Origin: a bacterium | GTDB lineage: Bacteria; Patescibacteriota; Minisyncoccia; Phycocordibacterales; UBA9973 | Length of the DNA stretch: 49,090 nucleotides | Assembly (NCBI GenBank): GCA_037130335.1 | Contig: JBAXTD010000002.1 | Coordinates: 1 to 49,090, forward strand | Reading direction: 5' to 3' | Shown: in pieces, positions 9,046 through 17,091 of the stretch | How the letters are laid out: every line of letters begins with the position of its first letter | Position numbering within the stretch: position 1 is the first letter of the stretch | Translations under genes and position numbers: made by a program | The notes under the pieces: generated by a model | Told to the model about the DNA's origin: nothing | Seen by the model: only the letters and a program-made list of their open reading frames with translations | The model's database searches: none

Positions 9046-9219
9046 ATGTCTAATTTATCAAATATAAGTCATACAATTTCAGTTTCAATTGCATCGATTG
9101 GCTATGTTCCATTTGGAATTATGGTCATTGTTAATATTATTTTATACAAATTACATCCAGTATTGGGCTTTCTCGGTACATTATTCCTTTTTGCAATACT
9201 TATCGGTATACTCAAATAA
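9046..9219 (+). CDS. Small two-TM membrane protein (57 aa), absent from the ORF track
   Basis: MSNLSNISHTISVSIASIGYVPFGIMVIVNIILYKLHPVLGFLGTLFLFAILIGILK*. TGgTATAAT lies 6 nt before the ATG, and the stop overlaps the next start (TAATG). Confidence 0.7.
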   Translation: MSNLSNISHTISVSIASIGYVPFGIMVIVNIILYKLHPVLGFLGTLFLFAILIGILK

Positions 9220-10085
9220 TGCTTCATATTTTAGAAAAAGAATCATCATATGAACTCCTGGATTCAGGAGAAGGAATGAAGCTCGAGCGCTTTGGAGACT
9301 TTGTGTTATCTCGTCCTGACCCAGAAGCACTATGGAAAAAGTCATTACCTTCATCTAATTGGAAAAAGGCTCATGCGTCATATGTGCGTGATGGCAAAAC
9401 AGGGCAGTGGCAAAAAGATTTATTACCCAAGAACTGGAACATTGTGTATCACGGATTAACGTTTGAATTGCGACCAACATCGTTTAAACACGTGGGAATC
9501 TTTCCTGAACAAAAAATTCACTGGAGTTGGTTGGAGGAAAAAATAAAAAAAGAAAAGACTATACGAGAAACACCAATCAAGGTTTTAAATTTATTTGCAT
9601 ATACTGGTGGTGCGAGTTTGGTGTGTGCACGAGCTGGTGCCGAAGTCACACATGTGGATGCTTCGTCAGTATCAGTATTGTGGGCACGCAAAAACGCAGA
9701 ACTTTCTGGACTTGCTGATGCACCGATTCGTTGGATTACCGATGATGTATTGCAGTTTTTGCGACGAGAGGTTCGTCGCAAAAACACATATGATGTAGTG
9801 CTTATGGATCCACCAAGCTTTGGTCATGGACCAAAGGGGACTGTGTGGAAAATTGAAAACGATTTTTACGAACTAATGAATTTGGTGAGTGCTGTGCTTT
9901 CGGATAAGCCACTCGCCGTGATTGTAAACGGATACACTGCAGGTTACTCACCGGTTACACTCAAAAATAATTTGCTTGAATTTAAAGATCAATATGGTGG
10001 TGACATTGAATCGGGTGAATTAGTTGTATCCGAAAATAATGAAAAAATGTTGCCATCGGGAGTTTTTGCGAGATGGTCGGCATAG
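9219..10085 (+). CDS. SAM-dependent methyltransferase, RlmI/RlmK-like (COG1092-type)
   Basis: YELLDSGEGMKLERFG, FKHVGIFPEQ, VLNLFAYTGGAS, VDAS, MDPPSFGHG. Confidence 0.85.
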   Translation: MLHILEKESSYELLDSGEGMKLERFGDFVLSRPDPEALWKKSLPSSNWKKAHASYVRDGKTGQWQKDLLPKNWNIVYHGLTFELRPTSFKHVGIFPEQKIHWSWLEEKIKKEKTIRETPIKVLNLFAYTGGASLVCARAGAEVTHVDASSVSVLWARKNAELSGLADAPIRWITDDVLQFLRREVRRKNTYDVVLMDPPSFGHGPKGTVWKIENDFYELMNLVSAVLSDKPLAVIVNGYTAGYSPVTLKNNLLEFKDQYGGDIESGELVVSENNEKMLPSGVFARWSA

Positions 10086-10127
10086 TGTGCTTTATTATTA
10101 AAAAAGTAATGTGTTATATTTAACAAT

Positions 10128-10658
10128 ATGAAAAAAACAATTCTACTTTTGGGCGTGCTCGTGGTTGCGCTTGCTGTTGTCGGAATTATTATCTATGTTC
10201 GTTCACGTTTTGAAACTACTGAAACAAAATCTCAAATCAATGAGAATGTAACTGAAACTTCTGCTACATCTGCGTCTGCGGTGTTGCCAACATTGGTTTT
10301 GAATCAATCAATCACAACTGCAAGTGGTCTACAAATTACAAAAACAACCGAGGGGACTGGTACTGCTACGGCTACAGTAGGTAGTAGTATCACTGTTAAT
10401 TACACTGGAATGTTTGATAATGGAAAAGCATTTGATTCAAGTACAGATAAAGCATTTGGACACGTTGCACCATTACCACTTACGCTCGGCGTAGGGCAGG
10501 TTATCAAAGGATGGGATGAAGGAATTTTGGGTATGAAAGTTGGAGAAAAAAGACACCTTGTAATCCCAGCTTCACTTGCATATGGCCCAAACGGATACGG
10601 ACCAATTCCTGGAAATGCAACGCTTACATTTGATGTACAACTTGTATCGCTTAAATAA
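10128..10658 (+). CDS. FKBP-type peptidyl-prolyl cis-trans isomerase with N-terminal anchor
   Basis: VNYTGMFDNGKAFDSS, LGVGQVIKGWDEGILGMKVGEKRHLVIPASLAYG, LTFDVQL. Confidence 0.95.
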   Translation: MKKTILLLGVLVVALAVVGIIIYVRSRFETTETKSQINENVTETSATSASAVLPTLVLNQSITTASGLQITKTTEGTGTATATVGSSITVNYTGMFDNGKAFDSSTDKAFGHVAPLPLTLGVGQVIKGWDEGILGMKVGEKRHLVIPASLAYGPNGYGPIPGNATLTFDVQLVSLK

Positions 10659-10686
10659 TTATTAATTAATATAAATAAATAAAAAT

Positions 10687-11490
10687 ATGGAAAAATTTTT
10701 TAACAAAGAAGATTTGTTTCGAATGGGCAAAATGCTGATGATTCTCGTGGTGTTTCTCTCTTTGTATTTCATGATGAAATTCATAAATGAGGTAAAGGTT
10801 TTTCAAACAGTCGGTGTTGCTCCATCTGCGATGACGACAATCGATGTATCTGGAGCAGGTGATGCAAGTGCAGTACCCGACATGGCAACAATAAATTTCA
10901 CTGTTGAGGCTCAAGGCAAAACAGTTGCGATTGCTCAAAATTTGGTAAGTGTCCATGTCAATCAAGCAATGGATTTTTTGAAAAACGCAGGTATTGATAC
11001 CAAAGATATTCAAACTACAAACTATAACGCATATCCAGAATATAGTACTCCATGTGGATCAAATACAATATGTCCACAAAATTCATCACAAGTTTCAAAA
11101 ATTATTTCATATCGCGCAAGTGAAAATGTTTCTGTAAAAATTCGTGATATAAATAATTCAGGAAAAATTGTTGATGGATTGGGTGCTGTAGGAATTACGG
11201 GAATTTCTGGTCCAGATTTTTCTATTGATAATCCAGATGCAGTGCAAGCACAGGCAAAACAAAAGGCAATTGATGATGCGAAACAAAAAGCAACAGTACT
11301 TGCAAAACAGCTTGGTGTACATCTCGGCAAAATCGTACGATTTAGCGGGGACGCAAGTGGTGGGGTAATGCCAATGGCATATGATATGAAATCGAGTGTT
11401 GCAGGTGTGGCTATGTCACCAGTATCAAATTTGCCATCTGGTCAAAATAAATACAGTGCGAATGTAGTGATTACATACGAAATATATTAG
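10687..11490 (+). CDS. SIMPL (DUF541) domain protein
   Basis: IDVSGAGDASAVPDMATINF, GIDTKDIQT, KAIDDAKQKATVLAKQLGVHLGKI. Confidence 0.9.
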   Translation: MEKFFNKEDLFRMGKMLMILVVFLSLYFMMKFINEVKVFQTVGVAPSAMTTIDVSGAGDASAVPDMATINFTVEAQGKTVAIAQNLVSVHVNQAMDFLKNAGIDTKDIQTTNYNAYPEYSTPCGSNTICPQNSSQVSKIISYRASENVSVKIRDINNSGKIVDGLGAVGITGISGPDFSIDNPDAVQAQAKQKAIDDAKQKATVLAKQLGVHLGKIVRFSGDASGGVMPMAYDMKSSVAGVAMSPVSNLPSGQNKYSANVVITYEIY

Positions 11491-11509
11491 GGTTTTAAAA
11501 AAGGGATTA

Positions 11510-11552
11510 AAAATGCCCCGCGTTTCGGTAAAACCGAAACGCGGGGCATTTT
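11510..11552. terminator. Perfect 20-bp inverted repeat, intrinsic terminator
   Basis: AAAATGCCCCGCGTTTCGGT-AAA-ACCGAAACGCGGGGCATTTT. Confidence 0.85.
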
Positions 11553-11559
11553 GCTTGTT

Positions 11560-11616
11560 TTGACATATTGCTCACAATCCTGTACTATATAAATACAAGC
11601 CCCGCAAGGGCTTTTT
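11560..11616 (+). promoter_or_regulatory. Sigma70-type promoter followed at once by a terminator-like hairpin
   Basis: TTGACA (11560-65), 17 nt, TACTAT (11583-88); then AAGCCC-CGCAA-GGGCTT-TTT (11597-11616). Confidence 0.6.
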
Positions 11617-11644
11617 AATTAGGATTTTTAAGTATAATAATACT

Positions 11645-11827
11645 ATGAGCATTACTACATATCTCAAAGAAACACGTGCAGAATTTAAACATGTTACTTG
11701 GCCTACACGAAAGCAAGCAATTATGTATTCAGTCGCAGTTATTGTTATTTCGCTTTTTATCGCATACTTTTTGGGTGCATTTGATCGTGTTTTTCAATTC
11801 GGACTCGGCAAACTTTTGGGCTTTTAA
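11645..11827 (+). CDS. secE: Preprotein translocase subunit SecE
   Basis: YLKETRAEFKHVTWPTRK plus a single TM helix; sits directly before nusG. Confidence 0.95.
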   Translation: MSITTYLKETRAEFKHVTWPTRKQAIMYSVAVIVISLFIAYFLGAFDRVFQFGLGKLLGF

Positions 11828-11859
11828 TTATCTTTCAAATTTTATTAATTAATTATTTA

Positions 11860-11886
11860 GTTGCCTTCGCGTAATGCGTTGGTGAC
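11860..11886 (+). promoter_or_regulatory. 27-nt hairpin motif upstream of nusG, shared with the recA leader
   Basis: GTTGCCTTCGCGTAATGCGTTGGTGAC, 22/27 identical to the minus-strand 38704-38730 copy. Confidence 0.7.
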
Positions 11887-11898
11887 CGAAAAAATAAT

Positions 11899-12447
11899 AT
11901 GGCAAAACAAGAAATTACATCAGATCGCAGTTGGTACGCGATTCACACATATGCTGGATACGAAAACGCGGTTGCTCGTAACTTGAAACAACGTATTGAA
12001 AGTCTCGGAATGCAAGACAAGATTTTTAATGTGGTTGTCCCAATGGAAAAGAAAATCAAAATCAAAGCAGGGAAGCGCGTAGAGCAAGAAGAAAAAGTAT
12101 ATCCAGGGTACGTACTCGTAGACATGATTGTAACTGATGATTCATGGTACGTTGTGCGCAACACTCCTCGCGTAACTGGATTCGTCGGTGCTGGAGTCAA
12201 TCCCGTCCCGCTTGACCAAAAAGAAGTTGCCGCACTCTTTAAAACAATGGGCGATACACAAACTGCAAAGCATTCAATTAACATTTCAGTTGGTGATCTC
12301 GTTATCATTGCTGACGGACCATTCAAAGAACTTGAAGGAAAGGTTTCAGATGTCGACCAAGACCGCGGAAAAGTTCGCGTACTTGTCTCAATGTTTGGCC
12401 GCGAAACTCCAGTTGAACTCGATTTCTTGCAGGTTAAAAAGATGTAA
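11899..12447 (+). CDS. nusG: Transcription termination/antitermination factor NusG
   Basis: WYAIHTYAGYE, YPGYVLVDM, VRNTPRVTGFVG, KOW domain with GPF...MFGRETPVELDF. Confidence 0.98.
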   Translation: MAKQEITSDRSWYAIHTYAGYENAVARNLKQRIESLGMQDKIFNVVVPMEKKIKIKAGKRVEQEEKVYPGYVLVDMIVTDDSWYVVRNTPRVTGFVGAGVNPVPLDQKEVAALFKTMGDTQTAKHSINISVGDLVIIADGPFKELEGKVSDVDQDRGKVRVLVSMFGRETPVELDFLQVKKM

Positions 12448-12452
12448 TTTAT

Positions 12453-12659
12453 ATGCAAAAAAAAATTGTAGCTTGGGGTTTGCTTGCATGTGTCGTGTTT
12501 GATATCGCAAAAGTCGTTTTCTTTCCAAAAGTATGGATAATAACAACGATACCACTAAATAATGCGTGGAGATCAATACATCTAATGTTTGGTCTTCTAA
12601 TCGATTTTTTTGTTATTTATGCAATAGTCTTGCTTTTCAAAAAAGACAAGAAGGATTGA
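12453..12659 (+). CDS. Small hypothetical membrane protein (68 aa)
   Basis: Two hydrophobic segments; ATG 5 nt after the nusG stop; fills the nusG-rplK gap. Confidence 0.55.
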   Translation: MQKKIVAWGLLACVVFDIAKVVFFPKVWIITTIPLNNAWRSIHLMFGLLIDFFVIYAIVLLFKKDKKD

Positions 12660-12684
12660 TTAAAACAAACTTTTCTGTTATTAT
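12656..12684 (+). promoter_or_regulatory. rplK promoter
   Basis: TTGATT (12656-61), 17 nt, TATTAT (12679-84) with a TG extension, leaving a ~65-nt leader. Confidence 0.6.
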
Positions 12685-12754
12685 AACTTCCGTTAGATTC
12701 TCGGCTTCTACCTGAGTTTAACACCTACAAAAACTAACCAATTTATATAATCAC

Positions 12755-13180
12755 ATGGCAAAAAAACTACTCAAAAAAGTTAAATTGCAGGTACCAGCCG
12801 GAAAGGCTACTCCTGCGCCACCACTTGGACCTGCACTCGGACAAGCTGGTGTAAACATCGGAGATTTCGTTACAAAATTCAATGCGGCAACGCAAAGTAT
12901 GTTGGGTGACAAAGTTGGTGTTGTGCTCCGTGTGTACGAAGACCGAAGTTATGATTTTGATATCAAAACTCCACCGGTTGCAGGACTCCTTTTCAAAGCT
13001 GCAGGCATTGAAAAAGGTTCTGGAAAGCCAAATATTTCAAAGGCTGGATCAATCACTCAAGCTCAGCTCCGCGCTATTGCAGAGAAAAAGATGCCTGATT
13101 TGAACGCAAAGGACATTGAAGGTGCAATGAAAATTGTTGCCGGAAGTGCCCGTCAAGCAGGAATCGAAATCAAGGGATAA
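12755..13180 (+). CDS. rplK: 50S ribosomal protein L11
   Basis: [41 protein letters not shown]. Confidence 0.98.
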   Translation: MAKKLLKKVKLQVPAGKATPAPPLGPALGQAGVNIGDFVTKFNAATQSMLGDKVGVVLRVYEDRSYDFDIKTPPVAGLLFKAAGIEKGSGKPNISKAGSITQAQLRAIAEKKMPDLNAKDIEGAMKIVAGSARQAGIEIKG

Positions 13181-13188
13181 TAAACGTT

Positions 13189-13226
13189 AAAAACAAAAAC
13201 CGCTCACTTGAGCGGTTTTTGTTTTT
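13189..13226. terminator. Perfect 18-bp inverted repeat, bidirectional terminator between rplK and dcd
   Basis: AAAAACAAAAACCGCTCA-CT-TGAGCGGTTTTTGTTTTT. Confidence 0.88.
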
Positions 13227-13233
13227 TGTGTTT

Positions 13234-13770
13234 TTAAAAATTATTTTTCCACATCATGGATTCCTTGGGTAGTGCTTCTTGTCCTGAATATTTTGCATTG
13301 GCTTTTTTGTGATACAAACGTTCTACCTCGCCTTCAACTTTGTAGTAAATGAGTTGGCCGATTGGCATGCCTGGATAAATGCGAACGGGGATTGAGGTGC
13401 TGATTTCGAGTGTCCAAAATCCACAAAATCCTACATCACCTTTGCCGGCCGTGGCATGAATGTCGATACCAAGTCGTCCTGTGGATGATTTACCCTCGAG
13501 AAATGGCACGTGTTTGTGTGTCTCGGTGTATTCGAACGTTGCACCTAAATATAGTTGTCCGGGTTGCAAAACAAATCCTTCATCTGAGATTTCGAAATGT
13601 CGTATTTCGTTATGTTTTTTTGCATCGATTTCTTTGTCGATATATTGTGCAAAATGTTTGGAGAGGTGGACGTCGTATGAATTGCCACCCATGTTTTTTA
13701 TATCAAACGGAGTAATAACAATCTCACCATTTTCGACGCACTCGAGAATTTTTGTATCGGATAATATCAT
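13234..13770 (-). CDS. dcd: dCTP deaminase
   Basis: MILSD, SYDVHL, LGATFEY, EGKSSTGRLGI, GFCGFWTLEI, YPGMPIGQL. Confidence 0.93.
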   Translation of the reverse strand: MILSDTKILECVENGEIVITPFDIKNMGGNSYDVHLSKHFAQYIDKEIDAKKHNEIRHFEISDEGFVLQPGQLYLGATFEYTETHKHVPFLEGKSSTGRLGIDIHATAGKGDVGFCGFWTLEISTSIPVRIYPGMPIGQLIYYKVEGEVERLYHKKANAKYSGQEALPKESMMWKNNF

Positions 13771-13833
13771 AGCGTTAGTTTCGCATATTGGAATTAATTG
13801 TCAATTGTTTTTCTGCAGATATCTGGTTTTATG

Positions 13834-14346
13834 TTATTTTTTGTATACAACAAAAGAGTATGAAAATTTATTTTCTGCGTCTGGTTCATGAGACTCACTA
13901 GAAATTTCTTTCCATTCTGTCCCGATGGTAGGGAAAAAAGTATCTGCATTTGGAGAATCATCAACGTGTGTTATATAAAGTTTTCCTGCGCGAGAAATAC
14001 TTTCTTTGTATAATTCTCCACCACCAATTATAAATATTTCTGTTTCTTCTTGTTTTTCTTCAAAGTGTTTACCTTGTTCGAGAGATGCAAAACGAAGTGC
14101 TTCTTCGAGAGAGTGTACAACTGTAATACCAGACTTAAAATAATTTTTGTCTCTAGTAACTACGATATTTTCTCTGTGGGGAAGTGGTTTTCCAATTGAT
14201 TCAAATGTTTTACGTCCCATGATAACTGTATGCTCGCGTGTAGTATCACGGAAATGTTTCATATCAGCAGGTAAATTCCATAACAAACCATTTTTGTTTC
14301 CGAGTTCATTATTTTTTCCTATGGCTGCAATGAGAGAAATAATCAT
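13834..14346 (-). CDS. folA: Dihydrofolate reductase
   Basis: LLWNLPADMKHFR, VIMGRKTFESIGKPLPHRENIVVT, IIGGGELY, ADTFFP. Confidence 0.97.
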   Translation of the reverse strand: MIISLIAAIGKNNELGNKNGLLWNLPADMKHFRDTTREHTVIMGRKTFESIGKPLPHRENIVVTRDKNYFKSGITVVHSLEEALRFASLEQGKHFEEKQEETEIFIIGGGELYKESISRAGKLYITHVDDSPNADTFFPTIGTEWKEISSESHEPDAENKFSYSFVVYKK

Positions 14347-14350
14347 AAAG

Positions 14351-15292
14351 TTACACGGCTATTGGAGCGCTAATTCCTGGGTGTGGATCGTAATTAACTA
14401 ATTCAAAATCATCAATAGTAAAATCCTCTAGATTTTTTATTTCAGGATTTATTTTCATTTCTGGAAGTGAACGCATTTCGTTTTTGCGCGCGAGTTGTGT
14501 TTGCGCTTGTTCGACATGGTTATTATACAAATGTACATCGCCGCCGGTCCATACAAATTCTCCTGGTTTTAAACCAGTAACTTGAGCAATCATCATTATC
14601 ATGAGTGCGTATGATGCAATATTAAATGGAACTCCGAGAAATGTATCACAGCTTCTCTGGTATAACTGACAAGATAGTTTACCGTCAGCTACATAAAATT
14701 GAAATAGACAATGGCATGGAGGAAGTCCAGCTTTTGCCATCTCATCGATATCTGCTACATTCCACGCAGACACAATCATGCGTCTTGAATCTGGAGATTT
14801 TTTTATTTGATCAATTACGTTTTTTATTTGGTCAATATGTTGCCCATTTGGTGTGGGCCAGTTTCTCCACTGGTATCCATAAATTGGGCCGAGATTGCCA
14901 TATTCTTTTGCAAAAGTTTCATCAGTTTTTATTTTTTCAATAAATTCTTTGATTCCAGATTTCCATTCCTCGCTGTCACTTTTTGGAATGGGTAAATTAT
15001 TTTTTTGCAAATATGCTTTGTATGGCCATTCATCCCATATATGGACATTATTTTCTGCAAGATATTTTAGATTTGTATCTCCACGCAAAAACCATATGAG
15101 CTCGTGGATGATTGCTTTGATTGGAACTTTTTTTGTTGTAAGGAGAGGGAAGCCATCTGCGAGGTCGAAACGCATTTGATACCCTAAAATACTTTTTGTG
15201 CCTGTACCGGTACGATCCGTTTTTTCATTGCCGTTATTAATAAGGTGTTCGAGGAGTTCTAGATATGATTCGTCTACATGTTTTCCTTTCAT
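14351..15292 (-). CDS. thyA: Thymidylate synthase (ThyA type)
   Basis: [64 protein letters not shown]. The gene is uninterrupted. Confidence 0.98.
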   Translation of the reverse strand: MKGKHVDESYLELLEHLINNGNEKTDRTGTGTKSILGYQMRFDLADGFPLLTTKKVPIKAIIHELIWFLRGDTNLKYLAENNVHIWDEWPYKAYLQKNNLPIPKSDSEEWKSGIKEFIEKIKTDETFAKEYGNLGPIYGYQWRNWPTPNGQHIDQIKNVIDQIKKSPDSRRMIVSAWNVADIDEMAKAGLPPCHCLFQFYVADGKLSCQLYQRSCDTFLGVPFNIASYALMIMMIAQVTGLKPGEFVWTGGDVHLYNNHVEQAQTQLARKNEMRSLPEMKINPEIKNLEDFTIDDFELVNYDPHPGISAPIAV

Positions 15293-15331
15293 TAATACAG
15301 TATATATTAAACAAGCTTGTTTGTAATCAAT

Positions 15332-15533
15332 TTGACAAAACTTGTGAGGCGTGCTAATCTTGTGATATCAATCTCACTTACTATTTAACGAGACTGACGA
15401 TTGTGGAATATCTAGTTTAATTTGTTGTGTTGCTAAACCCTGTGTACTTTTGGGTGTTGCGACATACTTGTCGCGCATTATATTGCCTGACCAAAATACA
15501 CTTACCTGGGTAACTCCATGACAAAATAATTAT
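15332..15533 (+). promoter_or_regulatory. Promoter and ~165-nt structured 5' UTR of the DEAD-box helicase
   Basis: TTGACA (15332-37), 17 nt, TAATCT (15355-60) with TG extension. Helices GTGTA(C)TTTTGG/CCAAAATACAC and GCGACA-TACT-TGTCGC. Confidence 0.65.
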
Positions 15534-16976
15534 ATGCATCCATCACGTCGTGATGCGCGACCGGCTTCCGGTAGTTCTAGTTCTGGACATTCAAGTTCAC
15601 GAACTGGTGCCAAGCGCTCGTTTTCAAGTTCTAGTTCACGTTCTCATTCTAGTTCACGCCCTTCAACTGGCGGTTATTCATCTTCTCCACGCCCAGCATT
15701 TGCTGGTCGTTCATCTGGTGGATTTAGTGCACCCCGTGCTCCTTTTGCTGGACGTTCAAGTGCTCCTTCTCGCGGAGGATTTAGTAGTGGAGGCCCACGC
15801 AAATCATTTGGTGGTCGCGGAGGTGGCCGATCAGGTGGAGGAAATCGTGGTGGTGGTCGCGGAGGATTCCGTGGTGAACGCATCGACTTTGCTCGCTTTG
15901 TCAAAAAAGCAGAAAAGGTTGAAGAAAAGCCATACACACCAATTCACAAATTTGCAGATTTTCCTTTTTCTGAACAACTCAAAAAGAATATTGCAAAAAA
16001 AGGTTTCGTATATCCAACACCAATTCAAGATCAATCAATTCTCCCGATTATCGAAGGACGTGATTTCTTTGGTCTCGCAAATACGGGAACAGGAAAGACA
16101 GGTGCATTTATTTTGCCACTCATTGATCGTGTAGCCAAAGACAAAAAACAAAAAGTTTTGATTATGGCTCCGACTCGTGAACTTGCACAACAAATTGAAG
16201 TTGAGTTTCGTGATTTATCATTCTTTATGCAAACATTTTCAGTTTCTGTTGTTGGTGGAATGCCAATCGAAAAACAAATTCGCGAAATTCGTCGTGGGGT
16301 AAGTTTTGTAATTGGAACACCTGGACGTATCGTTGACCTCGTAAAACGCAAGGCGCTCGATCTTTCACAGTATGGAAATATTGTGCTCGATGAAGCTGAC
16401 CGTATGCTTGATATGGGATTCCGCGATGACATGCTCTACATTTTGAAAAATTGTGCCGAACAACGCCAGACACTTTTCTTTTCAGCAACACTTTCACCAG
16501 AAGTGAAAAAAATGACTGAGCAATATTTGAAAAACCCAATGTTCCTCTCTGTTGTAAAAGGCGAGACATCAAAAAACATTGATCAAGATATCGTGCGTGC
16601 AACTCGAGGAGAAAAAATCGATGTACTCCACAATATCCTTATCAAAGATGGTTCTGACAAGGTTCTCATTTTCCGCGAAACAAAACGCAGTGTTGATGAA
16701 CTCGAAACAGAATTGCGAACTCGCGGATTTAAAGTTGCGGGAATTCACGGTGACAAACGAAATCGTGAACGCATGCGCACGCTTGAAGCATTCAAGAAAA
16801 ATGATATCAATATTTTGATCGCAACAGATGTTGCAGCACGCGGACTTGATATTCCAAATGTGACACACGTGATCAACTACGATATACCGAATGATTACGA
16901 TACCTATGTGCACCGCATCGGCCGTACCGGTCGTGCAGGGAACAAGGGTAACTCAATCACTTTTGTACCAGCGTAA
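15534..16976 (+). CDS. DEAD-box RNA helicase with an N-terminal S/R/G-rich extension
   Basis: Q motif PTPIQ, ANTGTGKT, PTRELAQQ, TPGR, LDEAD, SAT, HGDK, ARGLD, HRIGRTGRAG. Confidence 0.96.
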   Translation: MHPSRRDARPASGSSSSGHSSSRTGAKRSFSSSSSRSHSSSRPSTGGYSSSPRPAFAGRSSGGFSAPRAPFAGRSSAPSRGGFSSGGPRKSFGGRGGGRSGGGNRGGGRGGFRGERIDFARFVKKAEKVEEKPYTPIHKFADFPFSEQLKKNIAKKGFVYPTPIQDQSILPIIEGRDFFGLANTGTGKTGAFILPLIDRVAKDKKQKVLIMAPTRELAQQIEVEFRDLSFFMQTFSVSVVGGMPIEKQIREIRRGVSFVIGTPGRIVDLVKRKALDLSQYGNIVLDEADRMLDMGFRDDMLYILKNCAEQRQTLFFSATLSPEVKKMTEQYLKNPMFLSVVKGETSKNIDQDIVRATRGEKIDVLHNILIKDGSDKVLIFRETKRSVDELETELRTRGFKVAGIHGDKRNRERMRTLEAFKKNDINILIATDVAARGLDIPNVTHVINYDIPNDYDTYVHRIGRTGRAGNKGNSITFVPA

Positions 16977-16996
16977 AAGATAGAAAACTAAAAGTA

Positions 16997-17035
16997 AAAA
17001 GGGCGGCAAAATCCTTCGGATTTTGCCGCCCTTTT
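16997..17035. terminator. Perfect 18-bp inverted repeat, intrinsic terminator
   Basis: AAAAGGGCGGCAAAATCC-TTC-GGATTTTGCCGCCCTTTT. Confidence 0.88.
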
Positions 17036-17091
17036 GCTATACCTCATTTATGCTACAATCGAACTATTAACACTAATCTATATTTATCCTA

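Noticed and set aside
1755-11490. Genomic island integrated at tRNA-His
   Set aside because: Accessory-type genes follow the tRNA, but I found no integrase, no duplicated tRNA 3' end and no obvious compositional break.
14351-15292. Group I intron or intein in thyA (and in recA)
   Set aside because: Both ORFs are continuous, of ordinary length, and have no intein or endonuclease motifs.
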